Virus record (IMG/VR): IMGVR_UViG_3300028837_002527
Location: 4,768 to 68,767 of that record
Length of the DNA: 64,000 nucleotides
Source of the DNA: a virus
Reading direction: 5' to 3' (one strand)
Below the pieces are notes generated by a model. The model was not told the DNA's origin. It made no database searches and saw only the letters and a list, made by a program, of their open reading frames with translations. Position numbers and translations under genes: made by a program. Positions within the stretch are counted from its first letter, which is position 1, and each line of letters begins with the position of its first letter. Shown in pieces: positions 58,301 to 64,000 of this stretch.

Positions 58301-58767
58301 TTCAAATTCAAGCATTTCGTTTTTTCTTTTCAAAGCACCCATTAGATTCTAAAAGATTAAGAAAAGTTATAGAACGATATAATAATGATGTGAGCAAAAG
58401 CACATTAAAAATAAAAGATGTAAATTCAATGAATAAATCAAAAAATAATAGAGGTACTATTATAGGATATATTAATGAGATAAGAATTACAAAGCCCAGA
58501 AGAGGGCCATCTGCTGGTGAGAAAATGGCTATTGTTGGAATTGAGGATTCAAAGGATAAAGCAAAAATATTAATTTGGCCTGAGTTTTATTCAATAGACA
58601 GGTATAAAAAGATATTAGTTGAGGGAAATATAGGTATTTTTAGGGTTAAAAGAAAATATAGCAATGATGAGGATGAATCAAGTACTTGGGAATTATTGAG
58701 TGTTGGTAATAGAGCGCATTTAATATCTGATAAAGATTTAAAGAAAATAGTAAGTAAAAGAGGTTGA
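55309..58767 (+). CDS. dnaE: DNA polymerase III alpha subunit
   Basis: PHP HVHSSFS..DG, SDHG, GRGSAAG, PDIDLD, HPGG, YQEQIM, FNKSH, C-terminal OB fold. Confidence 0.95.
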   Translation: MSLNLPNAFPKKLDLTPPKYKKEKKTYVPIHVHSSFSTYDGCSTIKELVEVADSLGMHAISLSDHGTMSGVFSFVQECKERKIKPIVGCELYINENRRAEKKDASNEHLCLFAMDIRGYKNLLKIMYDAATNGFYYRPRTDLNFIEENSKGLICTTACLSSPIIKPSLEGNDEKAIKNLKKLKRIFDDRLYIEFNFNEMDVQKEANSKLKKLAKKYRVKGVYGLDVHYTYKEDVWVQDILKLNQRKTTIHDSNWKDYVFSARRLFLKPYKIALKEPKLLGYDDFNLKYVESLLEATNEIADRVNFDLEFGVHAPYYTYKGKRVNAKKFLKTLINRFFMKKIEQKIISKDKKQIYKKRMEYEYNLIVECKYCNYFLIIWDMVKNSRNKGIFRGIGRGSAAGCLISFLLDITGVDPIKYGLLFERFMDIQRKDPPDIDLDWEHERGEEIEDYLRKKYGEKKVAHVCTYSWWRTKSSIGEVFKTTGEKIEDIFKLKKMIRFDEGDNRDSKNVDAALKYVRENFNDKTVMDMLNRQKKIGIPIVKRLVNNIKNVGMHPGGVVVSPKPIFNYIPVVRHKDNILTGFSQGSDGRTELEWIGLIKIDNLRVKAVTVVKETLRLIKERRGIDLFEGIWNINVEEKEVYKYYQEGKTEGVFQVESEEINAFMKRLKPECFDDLRAIVALFRPGSLASGEADKFIKRKHDEEKVLYVHPILKKYVGSTYGCFVYQEQIMNIMNELCGFPRSKTMRYMKLMKKVYDTSDKRIIGVVNKMKKGLIKLSKFTKEQADKLCDVMLESYNYIFNKSHSTSYALFSYQMMWLKYHYPLEFFCALLSKTENKRTEHKGGKIDIKIKKYISGAKKIGINVLPPKFGKSQQEFIIENDNVLRAGTNVVVGLGKSGDELYKVKSRKNGKYYIEDMVECKDISWARLNKRKVETLISIGFFDGCVKVIKKVTNKQLMYAWKKFNERKKKKGDVKLFIECLRESIKEVEGKFKKREQIAFQIQAFRFFFSKHPLDSKRLRKVIERYNNDVSKSTLKIKDVNSMNKSKNNRGTIIGYINEIRITKPRRGPSAGEKMAIVGIEDSKDKAKILIWPEFYSIDRYKKILVEGNIGIFRVKRKYSNDEDESSTWELLSVGNRAHLISDKDLKKIVSKRG

Positions 58768-58768
58768 T

Positions 58769-59311
58769 ATGAGAAAATTAAAATGGAGAGATAAGCCATA
58801 TAAGACATTTCGTAAAGATATTGAGGATTTAAAAGTACGTATTGCATATAAGAAATTAAGAAATAAATTGTCATTAAAATCACATCGTGAAAGTGACGAA
58901 GCGTTAATTGAAGCAAACGATTCAAGTGCTGAAGATTATTCTTTAGCATCTGATTTATTTTTAATTGCTAAAGATGAATACGATAAGTTTGCAACATATT
59001 ATGAAATAGAGATGTCAAGGTTAAATTTTTTGGCACAAAGTAAATTAGAGAAGAAAAAAAAGAAGAAAGAATTATCCTCACAAATAACTAAGGATTTAAA
59101 AAAGGATTGGATAATAAAAAATCGTACAGAAGAATACGAATATTTAGAAAGAAAAAAAAGAGAATTGAAAACAATAATGAATCGTATGGAGATTATAAAA
59201 GAGAGTTGGAAACAACGTATGTCGAGTTTACAGTCACAGGCAAGGGCTGTAGAATTCCGAAGACAAAGATTAGGAGGAAAGAAAATTGGTAGAGAGGAAA
59301 AAGATAATTAA
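58769..59311 (+). CDS. UvsY-like coiled-coil recombination mediator
   Basis: Helical; ESWKQRMSSLQS C-terminal motif; neighbours SSB and RecA. Confidence 0.45.
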   Translation: MRKLKWRDKPYKTFRKDIEDLKVRIAYKKLRNKLSLKSHRESDEALIEANDSSAEDYSLASDLFLIAKDEYDKFATYYEIEMSRLNFLAQSKLEKKKKKKELSSQITKDLKKDWIIKNRTEEYEYLERKKRELKTIMNRMEIIKESWKQRMSSLQSQARAVEFRRQRLGGKKIGREEKDN

Positions 59312-59516
59312 GAAAAAGAAATTTGAAGTAAATAATGATGTAATTGATGCAACTCAAAGGTCAAACGAAATATTTCATAAGTCACAATCTTCGTGTACTA
59401 TTAAAAGAGATAGTAAAGGTTCTGTTAATCTTGAAGTGAAAGTATATGATGATTCTGCGGAAGAAGCAGTAAGAAGAGCTATATTTGAATTTAAAAAATT
59501 AACTAAAAAGATTTAA
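59286..59516 (+). CDS. hypothetical protein
   Basis: SSCTIKRDSKGSVNLEVKVY; RBS AGGAGG before TTG. Confidence 0.6.
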   Translation: MVERKKIIKKKKFEVNNDVIDATQRSNEIFHKSQSSCTIKRDSKGSVNLEVKVYDDSAEEAVRRAIFEFKKLTKKI

Positions 59517-59530
59517 CTAAAGGAGTAAAA

Positions 59531-60883
59531 ATGCCAAAAACAAAAGAAAAGAAAAAGAAGAAAAAAAAATCTTCAAGTGGAATGGGAAGTAGAGATTTTG
59601 TGAAAGATACTAAGTCAAGGAGAGGTGATATTGTAATGTGGAAGGAAGATGGAAAGATAGTTGTATTCGTTCATCCAGTTGGATTTTTTCCTCGTCGAAT
59701 TTATTGGCTTGATGTTATTGTTGAAGAGGAAGAAGGAAAAGGTGAACCGAAGAAAGTGAAGAAAAAGGTGGTGAGAATTAATTTTGTGTGTCCAGGAATT
59801 AAAAAAGGGTGTCCAATTTGCGAATTGAGAGAACATTTAAAAGAAAACGAAGATATTGAAGACGACGAAGTTATTTATCGTATTGGTAAAGGTAAAAAGG
59901 GAGTTGAGATTACTAAAGGTGATATGTTAAATATTAAGGGTTACGATTGGAAGTTATCATGGGTACCAAGTAAAGAATATTTATGTGGAATTGTTGATGT
60001 TGATAATGTTGAAGCTGGTGTTAATACATTTATTGCTGCAGCAGGATTAGGTAATAAAATTGCTTTGTGCATAGAAGAAAGACAGGATGAAAAGGGAAAA
60101 AGAAAAGGTGACCCATTAAAAAATCCATGGGCAATGAAGTTTCAGTATAAACCAAAAGCAAAATCTCCTGTTGATAAGTATTTATGTTTTTACAATGATG
60201 CAGAATTAACTGATGAAATTAAAGAGTTGCTTGAAGGTGATGCACCAGATTTTTTCGGGTTAATTGCACCGGCTGACCCTGTAGAAATTTGGGATGCAAT
60301 TAAGGATGGTATTGAAATTGACTTTTCTCCTTCGTGTGAAGAAGAAACAAAGAAAAAGTCAAAGAAAAAGAAAAGTAAGAAGAGTAAGAAAGATGAGGAT
60401 GAGGATGAGGATGAGGATGAGGATGAGGATGAGGATGAGGATGAGGATGAGGATGAGGATGACGATGAGGATGACGATGACGATGAGGATGAGGATGAGG
60501 ATGAGGATGAGGATGAGGATGAGGATGAGGATGAGAATGACGATGAGGATGAGGATGAGGATGAGGATGAGGATGAGGATGACGAGGAAGATGAGGATGA
60601 GGATGACGAGGAAACTGATACATGTCCAAAGTGTGGTAAGAAGGTTGCTTTATCCGCAAAGAAGTGTCCTTACTGTAAAGTGGAATTTGTAATTGATGAT
60701 GATGACGACGAAGAGGAAGATGATGATGACGAAGAGGAGGAAAAGTCAAAAAAGAAAAAGAGAGGTAGACCAAAAAAAGAATCATCTAAATTTAAAAAAG
60801 GTGAAGTAAAATGTTCTCATTGTAAAGCAAAAGTTCCAGTTAATAAAAAGAGGTGCCCTTCTTGCGGTGAAAAATTAAAGTAG
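59531..60883 (+). CDS. gp32-like single-stranded DNA-binding protein with poly-(ED), zinc ribbons and AT-hook
   Basis: C.G....CPICE, YLCGIVD, GDP; acidic tract; CPKC..CPYC; KRGRPKK; CSHC..CPSC. Confidence 0.6.
   Translation: MPKTKEKKKKKKKSSSGMGSRDFVKDTKSRRGDIVMWKEDGKIVVFVHPVGFFPRRIYWLDVIVEEEEGKGEPKKVKKKVVRINFVCPGIKKGCPICELREHLKENEDIEDDEVIYRIGKGKKGVEITKGDMLNIKGYDWKLSWVPSKEYLCGIVDVDNVEAGVNTFIAAAGLGNKIALCIEERQDEKGKRKGDPLKNPWAMKFQYKPKAKSPVDKYLCFYNDAELTDEIKELLEGDAPDFFGLIAPADPVEIWDAIKDGIEIDFSPSCEEETKKKSKKKKSKKSKKDEDEDEDEDEDEDEDEDEDEDEDDDEDDDDDEDEDEDEDEDEDEDEDENDDEDEDEDEDEDEDDEEDEDEDDEETDTCPKCGKKVALSAKKCPYCKVEFVIDDDDDEEEDDDDEEEEKSKKKKRGRPKKESSKFKKGEVKCSHCKAKVPVNKKRCPSCGEKLK
60392..60613 (+). repeat. 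(GAGGAT)n coding microsatellite, second locus
   Basis: About 220 nt hexamer tract with GAC/AAT interruptions. Confidence 0.95.
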
Positions 60884-60888
60884 GTAAA

Positions 60889-61956
60889 ATGAAAAAAACA
60901 AAAATAAAAAAGAAAATAATAAAGAAGAAAAAAGACTCAAAATCTGTAGAAACATTAAAAGACATTGCTAAGAATTTTGGTAGTCTTGAGTTTTTATCTG
61001 ACGAAGAACAATTATTTATTTTGCCGACAATTTTTCCTTCTTTTAATAGAGCTTCTTTTATTGGAGGTTTACCTGGAGGTTCTATTGTAGAATTACATGG
61101 GCCAAATCAAGGAGGTAAGACTGCTTTGGGTATTGCTTTTTTGGTTTCTGCTCAAAAAGAAGGTCACATTGCTATGGTTTTTGATTATGAGGGTTCATTC
61201 AAGGATAAAAAGTGGCCTAAAGCATTAGGGTTGAATTTAAAAGAAACGCTTTATAGGTCACCAATTTGTTATGAAGATGGTGCTGATGAAATAAATGAAT
61301 TTATAATAGAGTTTAAAAAGAAACAAGGAAAAGGGAAGTTTAAGGATAGAATGCTTTTTATTTTAATTGACTCTTTAACTTCTATGGTTCCTCGTGATGA
61401 ATTAGAAGGAAAGGTTGGAAAAAAGAATTTTGGATTGCATGCTAATTTAACTTCTCAATGGTTAAGAAAATTGAATGCTTTAATTAAAGGAACTAATATT
61501 TCTGTCATTTTTGTTAATCAGGAAAGAGCAAGAATAGGTGCAGGACCATTTGAGAAAAAGTGGCATTCTGCTGGTGGAGAAGCACTTCAGTTTTATGCAC
61601 ATGTAAGAATAAGAGTTTTTAAATCGTTAACAATTAAGAAAAAAATTGGAATTGTAGGTAAGGAGCATAAATTTCTTGTGGAAAAAAATAAAACAAGTGC
61701 TCCTGATGAAGAAGGATACTTTTACACATCCAACGGAAAAGGAAAAGTACTATTAGGTTTTGATATGTCAAAATTATTTTTTAAAGAAGCGTTTATTCAA
61801 AGAATATTTAAGAAGAGTGGAAAGAAATATAAGTGTAAATTTGATAATGAAATGAAAAACGGATTAATGGAAAGTTTTGTAGTTGAAAAAATAAGAGAAG
61901 AAAAGAAGTTTCAAAAATGGTTAAATAAAAAATTTAGTAAAAATATAGGTAAATAG
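60889..61956 (+). CDS. recA: RecA/UvsX recombinase
   Basis: GGLPGG.IVELHGPNQGGKT, IDSLTSMVPRDELEG, VNQER, GGEALQFYAHVRI, KNK. Confidence 0.93.
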   Translation: MKKTKIKKKIIKKKKDSKSVETLKDIAKNFGSLEFLSDEEQLFILPTIFPSFNRASFIGGLPGGSIVELHGPNQGGKTALGIAFLVSAQKEGHIAMVFDYEGSFKDKKWPKALGLNLKETLYRSPICYEDGADEINEFIIEFKKKQGKGKFKDRMLFILIDSLTSMVPRDELEGKVGKKNFGLHANLTSQWLRKLNALIKGTNISVIFVNQERARIGAGPFEKKWHSAGGEALQFYAHVRIRVFKSLTIKKKIGIVGKEHKFLVEKNKTSAPDEEGYFYTSNGKGKVLLGFDMSKLFFKEAFIQRIFKKSGKKYKCKFDNEMKNGLMESFVVEKIREEKKFQKWLNKKFSKNIGK

Positions 61957-61966
61957 GAGGTTAGTA

Positions 61967-62233
61967 ATGGACGATATGGATAAAGCAAGAGAATTAGTGT
62001 TGAAAAATTATTTTGGCAGTAATGGTATTTCTATGAAGGAATTTGAAAAGATAGAAGAAAGAATTAAAGATGATATTATGTTTTATATAGGACTTAGCGT
62101 TAATAATAAGCATGGGCGGATATTTACTATTTTAACATTAGTATATTTGATTAAGTTAAAAAAATATATATGTGATAATGAAATTCCAGAAGAAGTAAGC
62201 AAAATGTTAGAATATATTAATGGAGGGAAGTAA
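61967..62233 (+). CDS. hypothetical protein
   Basis: RBS AGGAGG. Confidence 0.65.
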   Translation: MDDMDKARELVLKNYFGSNGISMKEFEKIEERIKDDIMFYIGLSVNNKHGRIFTILTLVYLIKLKKYICDNEIPEEVSKMLEYINGGK

Positions 62234-62957
62234 GTTGAGAGGTATTATACTTGGGGACCTTCATTTCGGTCTTAATTACAAAGGACTGGATTACAATATT
62301 AAAATTTTTAGAAAGGTTAATAAAATAATATTAGAAACAACAAAAGGAAGAAAAGTAGATTTTATAGTTTTTCTTGGTGATATATTTCACTACACAGGAT
62401 TGTCTATTGATAATATGATGTATTTTTTAGAAGTAATAAAATATATTTGTTACGATGTTGAATGTTCAACTTATGTAATTGAGGGAAATCACGATAGAAA
62501 AACTACTGGTAAAGGAAAAAAGTTGATATTTGATTTTTATGAGAAGATAGGTTATGAAAATATTCACTTTATTCGTAGAATTGAAATTGTAAAATTTAAG
62601 AAACAAAAAACAATATTTTTATTTATTCCAAATGGGATAGATGAAACAAATAATATAAGTACGCAGGAAGAGTTAGAAAGAGAATCAAAAAAAATACTTA
62701 ATAATAATAAAGGATGGAAGATTATAGTGTTTTCGCATTTAAATGTTAAAGGCGCAAAGGTGATGGAAGATGTTACAATTGAAAAGTATGAAATGAGTGT
62801 TCCTAGTGTATTAATAAAATCTAAAAAAGTAAAGAAGATTTTCAATGGGCACCTTCATATTCCACAAGTTATTGGAAAAATAGAAATGCCTGGTTCAATA
62901 GAGACTTTAAGATTTGGTGAAGGAAGTGAGCGATTTTTTATAGAAATTTCTATATAA
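62220..62957 (+). CDS. sbcD: SbcD/Mre11 metallophosphoesterase nuclease
   Basis: GDLHFG, LGDIFH, GNHD, SH, GHLH, PGS. Confidence 0.9.
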   Translation: MEGSKLRGIILGDLHFGLNYKGLDYNIKIFRKVNKIILETTKGRKVDFIVFLGDIFHYTGLSIDNMMYFLEVIKYICYDVECSTYVIEGNHDRKTTGKGKKLIFDFYEKIGYENIHFIRRIEIVKFKKQKTIFLFIPNGIDETNNISTQEELERESKKILNNNKGWKIIVFSHLNVKGAKVMEDVTIEKYEMSVPSVLIKSKKVKKIFNGHLHIPQVIGKIEMPGSIETLRFGEGSERFFIEISI

Positions 62958-62984
62958 GTTAAGTTATTACAAGGGGATAATTAC

Positions 62985-63371
62985 ATGAAAGTTAAATGGA
63001 ACAAGTTGGATTCTACAAAAATGGTAGAATTAAATTATAAGTTATTGAAAGAGAATTTAAATATTCGTATTCCAACTAATTTGAAAGATGCAATAGTTAA
63101 AATTAATTGTGTTGTAAGCCAAGATAATTTTAACAAGGATATTATAGATATTATTATTGAAAAAGTAAAAAAACAAAATCCATTACTTGTAATAATTGGT
63201 ACAATTACAATAAAGAGAGAAAAATCAGAAATAGAAGAAAGGAAATTACCCTTGAGTCTTTCAAGAAAGGAATTGATAAAAGAATTTATTAAAAAAAATG
63301 CTCATAAGGATTTAAGAAAGAAAATAAGTAAAAGAGTAAAAAAGATAATGGAAATTACAAATAAGAGTTGA
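62985..63371 (+). CDS. probable SbcD C-terminal domain encoded separately
   Basis: Same frame as sbcD after a single TAA; own RBS AAGGGG; KDAIVKI pattern. Confidence 0.55.
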   Translation: MKVKWNKLDSTKMVELNYKLLKENLNIRIPTNLKDAIVKINCVVSQDNFNKDIIDIIIEKVKKQNPLLVIIGTITIKREKSEIEERKLPLSLSRKELIKEFIKKNAHKDLRKKISKRVKKIMEITNKS

Positions 63372-64000
63372 AGAAATAGAAGTGGAATATTTTCTTACTT
63401 TTGGAAGGAAATTTAAACGAAAATTTCTTGATTCATTTAATGCAATGATTTTAGGAAAGTGGAAATCACAACCAAAGCGTTCTAATGGTTCTGGCAAAAC
63501 TAATTTTGTTGAGATATTTAAATTTTTATTATATGGAAAAGCTCGTGAAAAATTTAATGATGAAATTCCAAATGACAATTTTAATAAATCTGCAAATTTA
63601 AGAGGAGTGTTTAATTGTAATGGTAAAAAAATAGATATTAGAAGAACGGTTAATGGTAGTATTTCTACATTGAAAGTTAAGGGTTGGGGCAGAATAAATA
63701 AAGATGATGCACAAAGAAAATTAAATGAGGAAATTGGATACAGTTATGAAGATTTTATAAGTACATGTTATTTCGAACAAGGTGATATACATCAATTTAT
63801 GAACTCAAAGAGTACAGAAAAAATGATGATGTTAGAACGTTGGTTAAACATTTTTTTATGGGATGAATATGAAAAAACATGTAAACAAAAAAAAGTAGAA
63901 ATTGAAAATAGAATAAAGGTAATTGAAGAAAATGTTAGAAAAGTAAAACAATTAAGACTTATATTTAAAGAATTAAAAGAGGAAAAAGAGAAAGTTGAAG
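63361..64000 (+). CDS. sbcC: SbcC/Rad50 SMC-family ATPase (3' truncated; start uncertain)
   Basis: IRVEEIEVEYFLTF, SNGSGKT Walker A, LYGK, YFEQG Q-loop, coiled coil. Confidence 0.88.
   Translation, partial: MRVEEIEVEYFLTFGRKFKRKFLDSFNAMILGKWKSQPKRSNGSGKTNFVEIFKFLLYGKAREKFNDEIPNDNFNKSANLRGVFNCNGKKIDIRRTVNGSISTLKVKGWGRINKDDAQRKLNEEIGYSYEDFISTCYFEQGDIHQFMNSKSTEKMMMLERWLNIFLWDEYEKTCKQKKVEIENRIKVIEENVRKVKQLRLIFKELKEEKEKVE

Noticed and set aside
55309-58767. Inteins or introns in DnaE, TerL, DnaB or RecA
   Set aside because: Lengths and motif spacing are normal; no intein N-terminal/HN-C splice motifs or frame breaks noticed.
60294-60785. ORFs encoding poly-MR and poly-HP
   Set aside because: Same shadow effect of the second GAGGAT tract.
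1-64000. Prophage, integrase or IS elements
   Set aside because: No recombinase, transposase, repressor switch or host-gene boundary is visible; lifestyle cannot be determined from this window.

Overview
64 kb of an AT-rich tailed dsDNA phage genome, probably siphovirus-like: a tail tube and a 1008-aa tape measure are present and no sheath is recognisable. Essentially all real genes are on the + strand. Order: putative holin and accessory genes plus tRNA-Leu(UAA) (1-5.8 kb); GpA-type terminase, portal, MuF, protease/scaffold, capsid with an Ig-like insert, neck, tail, and a long fibre/beta-helix region (5.9-38.2 kb); SF2 helicase, initiator, DnaC/DnaB/DnaG (38.4-44.8 kb); a DUF3150-AAA(Ycf46)-DUF1257-DUF2997 module (45-49 kb); a sigma-like factor; a candidate nucleotide-modification operon (flavoprotein-dUTPase fusion, divergent ThyX, dNMP kinase, radical SAM) abutting DnaE; then UvsY-like, SSB-like, RecA and SbcD/SbcC. 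Main leads: (1) the candidate base-modification pathway; (2) an apparent -1 frameshift fusing portal to MuF; (3) a four-copy fixed-spacing bipartite intergenic motif, two copies flanking the sigma-like gene; (4) a HemP/HmuP-like protein plus RNA hairpin heading the capsid operon; (5) KK[IV] basic tags on many enzymes alongside two poly-(ED)/Zn-ribbon/AT-hook proteins; (6) a twice-used 'long decorated copy + short copy' structural gene design; (7) GATC avoidance. All family assignments come from motif recognition by eye; no database searches were run.
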